64,000 bases of DNA, taken from assembly GCA_964036045.1 (NCBI GenBank), contig OZ038378.1, positions 199,888,001 through 199,952,000 of the forward strand. Direction: 5' to 3'. Source of the stretch: Eutreptiella sp. 'Long Island Sound 2002' (Eukaryota; Protista; Euglenida). The position numbers and the translations under genes were made by a program. Positions 12,264 through 21,351 of the stretch are shown here, in pieces (within the stretch, counting starts at the first letter, position 1; the number at the start of each line of letters is the position of its first letter). The notes under the pieces were generated by a model. That model was not told the DNA's origin, did not search any database, and was given only the letters and a program-made list of their open reading frames with translations.

Positions 12264-13570
12264 CTGTGATATTCCTAATTATAGCACACAGGCGATATTC
12301 CTAATTTAGCACTGGGTGATGCAAGCATGGACCAAATTCCTAATTTAGCACTCAGCTCCCTAGGAAAATGGACATATTCCTAATTTAGCACTCAACCCGC
12401 CTCCCTTTGCCTTTTGAAATGCACGGAACACAAGAAGCGCTTCACAAAACTCCACATTTGGTCTTTGTGCTCCTCAAGGTGAAAAGTCTTATTCATAAGC
12501 ATTGGTTGTGGCTTTACCCAACAAACAAGGCAACCACGTTGCCTTGCGCTTGGGGCGACCAGAAGCAGGAACCTGAGTTGAACTGGAAGTAGAGTCTTCA
12601 TTGGAAGAAGAAGCCTTTTCTTTTTCTTTCTCAATAGCACCTGCCACCTTTTGCCATTCTCTCAACTGCTGAACAGAAGTCTCAACCTGAGCCTCGGAGG
12701 GTTGGTTAGAAGAGCTACGTGGAGGGTCAACATCATTTTCTTCAGCCTCTTCTCCCTCAGGCACAAAATTCTGAGGAAGTATGACTTCCATAGTATCCTT
12801 CTTGTCACTCCAAAGGATTACCTTCATTCCCAAGTCAAAGGTGATGTTCTTCCATGCCTTACCTTGCTGTCGTTGTTCTTTGACGGATGCGTGCAAATAT
12901 ACTTCAAAGGCACTACGAATGTGCTTCTTGAAAGCAACATTAATGTGAGGTCCATAACTTGTAGAATAGGGGTCATGCCACCAGGGATGAACAACAAGAT
13001 CATCCATTTCCACCGGGCTTTCACCCACTCGCGAAACGATTCTGCTCGATGGACCGAGTACAAGTCAAGAATGACAATAGCATACTCCTCTCCCTGTCTA
13101 CGTTCTTCAAAAAACGGAGCAATGATAAGACGAAACAAAAATTTGAAAGTTTCCTCTGTGCACCAATGAGACGCAGACCAAACAGCTTGTCCCCGTGAAA
13201 AGCTTGCCCGATTAGCCGGTAGGCTCCGAACACTCTTACCTTGAAAAATCACTTGGAGCATGAGCTTCTCTCCCAACACATTTGCAGCCGGAGTGCTCGT
13301 TACTTGCCTACGGTCTCTATTGCCAACACACCTTGGGGAGCCAAGCGACAGGAACGCGCCGGAACAAGAATGACACCTGTGTCATCCAAATTAATGACCA
13401 TATCCTTACGAACATTGTATGCTTTTTCAGGCACCAGCGTCTGACCGCCTGTCACAGGCGCCCGCCCAAGGAAACCTGGCCAATATTGCTAATTTCGCAC
13501 TTTCTGGCCCTGAAAATCAGATATTCCTATTTTCGCACTCGGCCCAGTGCGATAATTAGGAATATCACAG
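12264..13570 (-). mobile_element. Internally deleted pogo/Tc1-mariner-type DNA transposon (1307 bp)
   Basis: 24-bp TIRs CTGTGATATTCCTAATTATAGCAC / GTGCGATAATTAGGAATATCACAG (1 mismatch), TA on both sides (12262-63, 13571-72), and subterminal ATTCCTAATTTAGCACT repeats. Confidence 0.9.
12489..13430 (-). pseudogene. pogo-family DDE_1 transposase pseudogene (frameshifted, DNA-binding domain deleted)
   Basis: Motifs: YNVRKDMVINLDDTG (D1), GEKLMLQVIFQGK, SHWCTEETF, ILDLYSVH (D2), IPGGMTPILQVMDL (D3), then a frameshift into INVAFKKHIRSAF. Confidence 0.85.
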
Positions 13571-13844
13571 TATTTCTACGCTTCTTTTGCTTCTGCCATG
13601 TTGCGGCGACCCATGAAGACTACAACTTTTACTTTTGGGCTCGGTTTTCCTCCTTTTGGGTTTTGGGCACAAGCCGCGGGCGGGAAGCATCCACATTTCG
13701 TTTGCCAATGAATGCCATTCTTTCTGCCCTGCCATTTTGACTACATTGGGCACACTTTTCTCAGGACATGGTAAGTTAGCGTGAAACGTGACTGTTCCAT
13801 CGGCCAAAACGGGGTTTGGAGAGTGGATTTGCACCCTTGGGGCC

Positions 13845-14071
13845 CTGCGCGCTGCCACGGCACGGCTCAAAGTCCATGACTACTTGTGTATTGCATGCAA
13901 CATGGTGTGTGGCTCAAATGAGCAATTTTCTGGTTCCCGAAAGCATGTGTCACATTGTACTTCACAGAGTGCTATGGGCGCAAGCCATTATTGTTTTGTT
14001 GCTTTTAACATCCTGCTTGCTTAAGTCCTGCTGACGAGGGTACCCAGAAATAGTATTGCAAATATTGGGAA
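13845..14071 (+). repeat. 5' pseudo-LTR of the PLE
   Basis: CTGCGCGCTGCCACGG...GCAAATATTGGGAA matches 20060-20286; no TG..CA termini, PBS or TSD. Confidence 0.9.
14031..14050 (+). ncRNA. Hammerhead-ribozyme-like core in the pLTR (second copy 20246-20265)
   Basis: CTGACGA-GGGTACCC-A-GAAA gives both conserved HHR boxes around a palindromic stem II. I could not fold canonical stems I and III by eye. Confidence 0.4.
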
Positions 14072-14154
14072 TTCATCAAGTTCAAGCCCCGCACGAAAGG
14101 CTTGTCCTAACGCCGCCCGACACTATCTCTTCGTGTCAATAATTTGATCATTCA

Positions 14155-15459
14155 TTGGCATTCTTCCACATTACTAACATGCCGCCGAAGCCAAAACCTA
14201 GCGCGAAACCCAATGCGAAGAAGGTCCTTTACTGCGAAGAACATGGCGTCAATTCAAGCCATGTTACGCGCGATTGCTATGTCCTCAAACGGAAACGAGA
14301 AGGCAAGGACGTCAACAAAGGTACTTGTGCCATTTGTGAAGGTGATCATTCCCTAAAAGATTGCCCTCTCGTTACCCAATGTATTGACGTCGACAAGGCA
14401 ACGGGGAAATTCAAGCCACGTGCGCGCGTTTGCTTCAATTGTGGTCGCCGTGGTTGTAAACCCAAGGATTGCCCTTATGAATGGGTGTTGAGCCGCATTA
14501 TCCAAACGGGAAAGGATTTTTTCCAAGCATTGCGTGATGGAAAAACGTGGATTGAACCGCCGCTTCCGCCGAGTTCTCAGTTGCGAAAGAAACACAAGCG
14601 AAATCCTAACGAAGACGTCAATGTTGATGCTTCCATGGTCAATGATTTGTCTATCATTGTTAGTGGTGTTTCCGATTGGGACAATACTGAAATGGAGCAC
14701 ATTAAAGAACGAGCGGATGGTTACACCAACATCACAATTGAGAATGGCAACGTTGTGGTGGGTTTTGACACCGTGGAGGCACGGCAAAATGCCACTTCTC
14801 TACTTACCGGATCCGTAACATCCAATGGTGATACTCTCTCCGTTCAATTTCCTCCACAACTCCCTTCTCATGATTCTTTTGTGCGTGCACTTACGCAACC
14901 TTCGTCCGTTGAAAGTTCGAGTGCATCTACATCTTCCCCGATGGACACGTTGTTGGATAAATTGGATGGACGCCTTGAGTCTCGCTTGAAGATCGCTATG
15001 GATGACCAAACCACGAAGCTCACGAAATCCTTTGATGGCATTCAAAAATCGTTGGAAAATTTGAACAACCGAATGGAGGTGCAAGAGAAAAAACAAAAGG
15101 AAAATGCCGATGCAATTTGTGATCTTCAAGGACGTATTCCTGGTACGGGCCGTGTCACCGAGGCATGGAACACACGCACATCTAAAACCCGCGACACCGG
15201 TGATCATGTTTGGGCCGTTGTGGGTGTGGGTGATGAGGCGCGTGTTATTAAGGCTCGTGTCATGCATACCGTGGAACAAAATGTGGGTGGAAAGCGTACC
15301 CAAGGAGCTCAAATCCAGGAAGTCAACGATGAAGATGTCCCCACTAGTGAGAATATTGTCATGGACAATGACCACATGTTCGACACCTTCGAGGAAGCCA
15401 AGCCTACTTTGCAACGTGCGACTGTCACCAAGCGGACGCGCACGCACGTTACTAAGTAA
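14155..15459 (+). CDS. PLE ORF1: nucleic-acid-binding Gag/ORF1p-like protein (3 Zn knuckles, RRM-like, coiled coil, Tudor-like C-terminus), 434 aa
   Basis: Knuckles CEEHGVNSSHVTRDC, CAICEGDHSLKDC and CFNCGRRGCKPKDC. RRM-like SIIVSGV...NVVVGFDTVEARQNA..LL.G....GDTLSVQF. Heptad-rich LLDKLDGRLESRL...LENLNNRMEVQEKKQKENADAICDLQ. Tudor-like GDHVWAV....KARV. Confidence 0.8.
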   Translation: MAFFHITNMPPKPKPSAKPNAKKVLYCEEHGVNSSHVTRDCYVLKRKREGKDVNKGTCAICEGDHSLKDCPLVTQCIDVDKATGKFKPRARVCFNCGRRGCKPKDCPYEWVLSRIIQTGKDFFQALRDGKTWIEPPLPPSSQLRKKHKRNPNEDVNVDASMVNDLSIIVSGVSDWDNTEMEHIKERADGYTNITIENGNVVVGFDTVEARQNATSLLTGSVTSNGDTLSVQFPPQLPSHDSFVRALTQPSSVESSSASTSSPMDTLLDKLDGRLESRLKIAMDDQTTKLTKSFDGIQKSLENLNNRMEVQEKKQKENADAICDLQGRIPGTGRVTEAWNTRTSKTRDTGDHVWAVVGVGDEARVIKARVMHTVEQNVGGKRTQGAQIQEVNDEDVPTSENIVMDNDHMFDTFEEAKPTLQRATVTKRTRTHVTK

Positions 15460-18400
15460 TGCACTCATACCAGACCCGACTCCGAACGGGAGCGATTGAG
15501 CGGAAACGTTGGACCTCACATATTCCCGATGCACATGATATCCCGTCACCAACACTCTCCGTGCATGAACACTCATTCGTGGAGTCACGCCGCGTATCTT
15601 CGCGGCCCAAACAATCGGTGGATCGATGGCAACCGGTTATTGCGGTCAAACGGAAAATTCGTGATCAACACCCGGATGCGTCGTGTACCACACCTACGTC
15701 GTGCAAAACTCGGAAGAAGGCCGGTCTCCGGCAACATCCTCTTCCAACAAACTATTGGAAACCATTGTGGAGTACACCCGTGACACGCCGACGCGCGAGA
15801 GCAAACAATCGAAATAAAAAATTAGGACGCCACATGCCTGTGTCACATGATGATGGTGATACTAATGAGAGCCATGACCACGATGCTAATTTGGCGCATA
15901 GTCATGAACCAACGTTGTGGAATTGTATCCATGTTCGTGGTGAGGGATTGGAAAAATGGGTCCATGATGTGGAAACAACACCTAATGAACCGGTTCCTTT
16001 TGAGCGTCAATTGCATGAAACACGCGCGTGGGTTGACCTCATTCAACATGCAGAACGCTTGCACATTCCGGAAGCACTGGGTGCAGCAAACAGTTTTGAC
16101 TTGCATTCGTGTCGTCCTAAGATCACTACTGCTGGTGCTTCCCGTCGGAAAAAATCACGTAGAAAACATGCTCGCCGAAGAAAACAAACCATTGTGCCGG
16201 GAAATCATGATGCCACCGATAATCCCCACCCATCTCCTCCACCCGCTCCACCGCCACTCCGCTCGGATGAACCTCTAAACTCCCCACCGGTATGTCCCCA
16301 CTCCGTTGCGAAGAGCTCTGATTCCACTGCCTCTTCGGTTCCATGGGATGTGTGGGCAACTGCCGACATGTTGCCTTCTTTGCGTCCTTTTCGTGATGAA
16401 GTTTTGGCATCCCCTGTTTTATCCACTTTGTGGACCGCCTTTGCTTCCACTGTGCCTCTCCTATCATGGGAAAGTGTGTCCGTCGATCATGCACTACAAT
16501 TTGTTCGTTGTGTGCGAGAGTTGACAAATGGCATGCAAACCCTGTTGTCCATGCATCCTGATTGTTGGTCGTTGCCTGAATCTTGGTTACAAACTTGGAA
16601 GGTCTCTCTTGGGGTACAACATACCATTGGTGTTTCGCCGTGCACAGTTTCTGATGGCTTATGTCATGCGGGTCTGGGTTTAAGTGAAGAAAAACCATTC
16701 GGATGTACTAACCTAAACCCCTCAGATGTAGGCCCAATCCTGTGGGCAGTGCAACCCCATCACCAATGGCATCATTTCTTACATCACCATCAACAATCCA
16801 GCCGCACATGGGTGCTGGGTGTGCCAGATGACAGGCCTGACTGGATTCATCAGTTAAATACTTACTGTGATCAGGGTGGGGCCTTTTGTGCCTTTACAGC
16901 ACATAAGCCTGGAGCCCATAAATTGTTACTGCATGTATCTGGAGGAAGAGTGGTGTGCCTGCCTGTACATGCTAACCCTTCTGTGACTGTGCATTGGTAC
17001 GTAGTCAACCGCTGTGATATTGATGTGCACCATATGATTGCTTGTCTCAGTAATTTAAGCAAACATGGTGCAGGGAAATGGACGATGCCACCAATGCACT
17101 GGCTTTGTACCCGTGGTCGCCTCATGGAGAGAGCACTGTTTACTGATCTGTGGATGATACTGAAAGCAGAACGTGCTCGCATGTTAAGTGAAGGTGTGCA
17201 GTGGCGTGACTTTGTGCAGAATATGGAACAAACTAAACGTCTGATCCCATTTGCGCCCTTCAACTGGCTTCGCCGCATTTTTGCGATTTCTAAAGCCTGG
17301 AATGTCCCGCTGGACCAGAAAGGCTCTTTCATTTACGCCTGTGTTTCTCCCTCTTCCTCAAAAGTGTACATTGGTCAAACTGGTTGTCGAACTGGGCGTA
17401 GAGCGTTAGCTAAACGGTTCAGTGAGCATTTAAATGGGGCTGCATTGTTTGCCAGAGGTAAGTCATATAAGAGGTTTCGCCATGAAAGCCCTGAGCGTTT
17501 TTATGAGGCCTTAAGTCATCTGGGTCGTGAGGATTTCATTATTGTCCCTCTGCAGTTCGTCAAACCGCGAGAAGGGGACACCAAGGAGATTCTCTGGATT
17601 CGGAAATGGGGTTCCCAGGTTTACAATATCCAGCACACCCGATGGCGTACTGGTAAACGCTGGCACTCCTTATGCGATGAACCTCTACCCAAACATGCCC
17701 TCACTACTAGCGAAGTCACTGCATTGATTCATCAACAGCTCAATAGGCCTCGTCGTGGACAGTCCCCCAATGACCTACTGCAGCTCTGGTTGGCTGCAGG
17801 TGGGGTCTCCAAACCACTGAAACAACGTCTTGGACATCGGCTTCGTGAAGTTGCCAAGGCCCGTGTCCACATGCATCTGCCTGCCAGAATCCCTATTCCC
17901 TATCCTGTGCACAATTCTGTTGATTTGTCCTGCTTAAAGAGTACAGTGCGGGACATCATCAATCACTTGCCTATACCTAAGTTAGTGCGAGCGTACCTCC
18001 AGACAGTTGTCTGCTTCGTGGCGCGCCGTCAGCAACCTGTGGGACGTGCCCTTTTCACCCAGGGTACAGCCCTAACCAAGGAGCAACTACATAAGCGCGC
18101 TTCCATGCAGTGTGCGTGTGCATCACTGCCTGATTCACTGCCCCGCGTTCAGGGGTGTGTCTGTGTCCGGTCTGGTCCTCAGCTTAAGCGTGTGGTGCCA
18201 GCACTTGCACCTACTCTCTGCCAGAACATGAAAAATGCTGCTCTGGGAAATAGGAAATACTTTCAGGATGCTTGCAACCAGGCCTGTGCTCGTTTACATA
18301 AATCATTCCCTGGTATTGCCAGCGATTGGAAATACTGGACCCGGAATGCTTTGCATCGGGCCATGGACCATATGCTGGATACCGCTGAGTCTGAGACCCC

Positions 18401-20021
18401 CACCTATATGCACCAACATCACCTTGAACAGGTCCGGGAAAAACTCAGTAAGCAATGGGAATGGATACCGGTTGACAAGAACCCTGGAAAAGGTTTCCTG
18501 GTCTGCAAAACCCTGTATGCCAAATTATTAGAAAAAATCTTCTACGACCCTGTGCAATTTGAGCCTGTTGCTTCACTGAATTCAAAAACTGATGCTATGA
18601 ATTTGGCTAAAGACTTACTGTTTCGTAATGCTATGAGGTGCGACGTTGAACATTTCTTTAAGAGTTCAGGTAAGACTGCGGCCCCATCAGCATTCATTTA
18701 CATCAAAAACAAATCTGATGAGTTTCATGGTGAGCTGAAGTGCCGCGTCCTGTTTTCTTACGCACGTCACCCGTTGAGAGCTATAGGAAAACAGGTGGGG
18801 CGAGCTTTGAATGTATGCATCTCTGTGGGTAAGTCGAACATGAATACCTTTGAAATGTTGAAAACGTCAGACCTTAAAGCATGGGTCCATGAAACTAATC
18901 ACAGCCTGCGTCACAAACACATTCGTGATCGTGATAACTTGAAGCTTTGGGAGCTGGATGTGCGTGAAATGTTCCCGAGGCTCCCAAGAGGCAATGTACA
19001 TAATGTTTTTGAGCGTCCACCTTCTGCTGATACCCCATGGTGTGCTGAATGGGGTGTCTGGGAGGCGTTCCAACTCCAAGGGTTGAGGGCCTGGGAGGCC
19101 CAGGGGCGTAGGTTTACTGCAGGGGCACCCTGGATTGCCTTGAACAAGTATTCCCGCAAGTGGGATCGGTTAGGGAAGGGTTATGACAATTTTTCCAACT
19201 TGTCTTGGACTGACGTCAGGAACTACATGATGTTCGATATCTTTTTTAATGACATCTTCGTTCTGGGGGGTCAGGTGCTCAGGCAGAAACGGGGGGTTGC
19301 GATAGGTGGATTTTGCAGCGCTCAGTGCGCGAGTATATATTGCATGCAGCGGGAGGACTTCTGGCACCGCCACTTGCAGGATAAGACTGTCCCATGGTGC
19401 CAGGACACCAACACACTGGGACGAAGACGAGTGGCGTTGTCCCTCCACTGCAGACCCTATCGCTTCCGTGACAATATGGTAGGAGTTAGATCCGGAAAAT
19501 CCAGTATTCAGTCTGTCTGCCAGTACTTTCAACGTGTGCTGGGCGTGGAATTGCAGGTGGAAGGTGAGGGCAAAACATGGACCAACCTGGAAGGATGCAT
19601 GTCTGTACATAACAGTCAGATTGACTTGCGGTTAAAAACCAAAATGACGTGGGATGTTCCTGAACATCGACGCCTTCTGCGTTTTCCTGATTGCTGCAGT
19701 CCTAACGCTAGGGCTGTACTCCAATCACTGGCACCTGCTCTCTGCCAAAAGGCACTTTTTTACGCCTCCACAGTGCAGGGAGTTACCAGTAATCTGTATA
19801 ATATTGTCCAGGAACTATCCTATAAGGGTTACCCCACTTCCTGGTGGGTCCCGCAACTATACCGCGTATTACACATGGCCCCAGGGCGACTTCAGGACCT
19901 GGGAGTGGATGACGCGGTCATGGAGGGGATGCCAGCTATTCGGGCCTCCCTGTCCGGCCTGTTGAAAGGCCCATGTGCACATTCCATGGGGCGTGACACA
20001 CAGGTATTTGGGTATTCATGA
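15459..20021 (+). CDS. PLE ORF2: GIY-YIG endonuclease + CxC linker + reverse transcriptase, 1520 aa
   Basis: GSFIYACVSPSSSKVYIGQT..R..EH...E..WI..YN (about 17322-17635); QCAC (18108-18119); VDKN; LWELDVREMF; RQKRGVAIGGFCSAQCASIY; YRFRDN (FRDN at 19464-19475). The ATG overlaps the ORF1 stop (TAATG). Confidence 0.92.
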   Translation: MHSYQTRLRTGAIERKRWTSHIPDAHDIPSPTLSVHEHSFVESRRVSSRPKQSVDRWQPVIAVKRKIRDQHPDASCTTPTSCKTRKKAGLRQHPLPTNYWKPLWSTPVTRRRARANNRNKKLGRHMPVSHDDGDTNESHDHDANLAHSHEPTLWNCIHVRGEGLEKWVHDVETTPNEPVPFERQLHETRAWVDLIQHAERLHIPEALGAANSFDLHSCRPKITTAGASRRKKSRRKHARRRKQTIVPGNHDATDNPHPSPPPAPPPLRSDEPLNSPPVCPHSVAKSSDSTASSVPWDVWATADMLPSLRPFRDEVLASPVLSTLWTAFASTVPLLSWESVSVDHALQFVRCVRELTNGMQTLLSMHPDCWSLPESWLQTWKVSLGVQHTIGVSPCTVSDGLCHAGLGLSEEKPFGCTNLNPSDVGPILWAVQPHHQWHHFLHHHQQSSRTWVLGVPDDRPDWIHQLNTYCDQGGAFCAFTAHKPGAHKLLLHVSGGRVVCLPVHANPSVTVHWYVVNRCDIDVHHMIACLSNLSKHGAGKWTMPPMHWLCTRGRLMERALFTDLWMILKAERARMLSEGVQWRDFVQNMEQTKRLIPFAPFNWLRRIFAISKAWNVPLDQKGSFIYACVSPSSSKVYIGQTGCRTGRRALAKRFSEHLNGAALFARGKSYKRFRHESPERFYEALSHLGREDFIIVPLQFVKPREGDTKEILWIRKWGSQVYNIQHTRWRTGKRWHSLCDEPLPKHALTTSEVTALIHQQLNRPRRGQSPNDLLQLWLAAGGVSKPLKQRLGHRLREVAKARVHMHLPARIPIPYPVHNSVDLSCLKSTVRDIINHLPIPKLVRAYLQTVVCFVARRQQPVGRALFTQGTALTKEQLHKRASMQCACASLPDSLPRVQGCVCVRSGPQLKRVVPALAPTLCQNMKNAALGNRKYFQDACNQACARLHKSFPGIASDWKYWTRNALHRAMDHMLDTAESETPTYMHQHHLEQVREKLSKQWEWIPVDKNPGKGFLVCKTLYAKLLEKIFYDPVQFEPVASLNSKTDAMNLAKDLLFRNAMRCDVEHFFKSSGKTAAPSAFIYIKNKSDEFHGELKCRVLFSYARHPLRAIGKQVGRALNVCISVGKSNMNTFEMLKTSDLKAWVHETNHSLRHKHIRDRDNLKLWELDVREMFPRLPRGNVHNVFERPPSADTPWCAEWGVWEAFQLQGLRAWEAQGRRFTAGAPWIALNKYSRKWDRLGKGYDNFSNLSWTDVRNYMMFDIFFNDIFVLGGQVLRQKRGVAIGGFCSAQCASIYCMQREDFWHRHLQDKTVPWCQDTNTLGRRRVALSLHCRPYRFRDNMVGVRSGKSSIQSVCQYFQRVLGVELQVEGEGKTWTNLEGCMSVHNSQIDLRLKTKMTWDVPEHRRLLRFPDCCSPNARAVLQSLAPALCQKALFYASTVQGVTSNLYNIVQELSYKGYPTSWWVPQLYRVLHMAPGRLQDLGVDDAVMEGMPAIRASLSGLLKGPCAHSMGRDTQVFGYS

Positions 20022-20059
20022 TGAGCCCCTCTCATGGCCTCCTCGCCGTGCCAGTTGCG

Positions 20060-20286
20060 CTGCGCGCTGCCACGGCACGGCTCAAAGTCCATGACTACTT
20101 GTGTATTGCATGCAACATGGTGTGTGGCTCAAATGAGCAATTTTCTGGTTCCCGAAAGCATGTGTCACATTGTACTTCACAGAGTGCTATGGGCGCAAGC
20201 CATTATTGTTTTGTTGCTTTTAACATCCTGCTTGCTTAAGTCCTGCTGACGAGGGTACCCAGAAATAGTATTGCAAATATTGGGAA
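20060..20286 (+). repeat. 3' pseudo-LTR of the PLE
   Basis: Matches 13845-14071, starts 38 nt after the ORF2 stop, and is followed by a short duplication (ATATTGGGAA). Confidence 0.9.
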
Positions 20287-21351
20287 ATATTGGGAAAGGG
20301 GGGCGACCGGGGTCCGAATGCGCGATCCGATCTTGGGGGGGGCTAGGGTTAGGAGGAGGCCCGATCCCGTCTCCGCGGACCGCCTAGTCCTCTAGCAGCG
20401 CTAAAAAAATCACCTGATGGGCTTCCCCCCAAACGGGGCCAAAGATGTTGGAGGCCTAGATGCCATCCTCTGCGTGGTTCAATAAAGGCGCTGGCACTAT
20501 GAGCAAAGTGGAAAGTTGTGAAAGATAAAGGGGTTCAATGAAATGTGACCAAGATCCAAACGAAGGCCCCATTTCTTTTTTGCGTAGGAGCGTTGAATCA
20601 GTGGCAAATTAAGTGAACGCCCCCAAAGTATGAAGATCCCGGATCGTATGTACCAACATGCAATTGTGAAATGAACCGTCGGCACATACCATCGCCCCCA
20701 TCCGTTTCCATATTCAATGTGCATGTTTTCAAAGGTGACTCAATCGAGATGGAGGCCATCAAACATAAGCGCTCTGCTGTGGCCAAGACCCAAAATCGCG
20801 ACGTCGCATTTGGCTTGGGCTTCAATTGCTCACTTTCACCACATGAGCAGCCTTGGTATGCACGCGAGAGGACCACTACTTCCATTCAGGTAGGTTAACA
20901 GACAGACACCTTGGGTTGTGCCTTTGTGCAAAATGACGTGCTTGTGCCTGTCATCCATGATTCTAGACCAATCGGACAAGAGCCTACTACATCCACTTGT
21001 GGACAATATATGTGTGATGAATCTTTTGAAATCTTGCGCATTAATCGCGCATTTTGGAGAAAAGGGCCCACCATTTTGAGGGTGAGTTGGGCTAATGTAC
21101 GTTCAAGGTTATGCTGAGAATAGCAACCTCTTCCCCCAAAATGGCCCCATTACCCAATTCCAAACCACGCGAAAAGCAACACGATGGATTCTATTGAAAC
21201 GTGGTCACACCGATCGATTGATTGGAGCGGCGGGTGGGGGGGACTCAAACACCAGTAAGTCCCCCGTGAGGGCGAGGCTTGGGGTGGCGCCTTGGGGCGG
21301 CGGTTGGTTTTTCGTGCGTTTCTCTACCTGCTTTGTTTTTGGTTTGCTTAG

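Larger units (their letters stand above)
13845..20286 (+). mobile_element. Apparently full-length Penelope-like retroelement (PLE), N-terminal-endonuclease (Naiad/Chlamys-type), two ORFs
   Basis: Two uninterrupted ORFs (434 and 1520 aa) lie between 227-bp direct repeats (13845-14071, 20060-20286) that appear identical. ORF2 has GIY-YIG, CxC and a PLE-type RT in that order. Confidence 0.9.
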
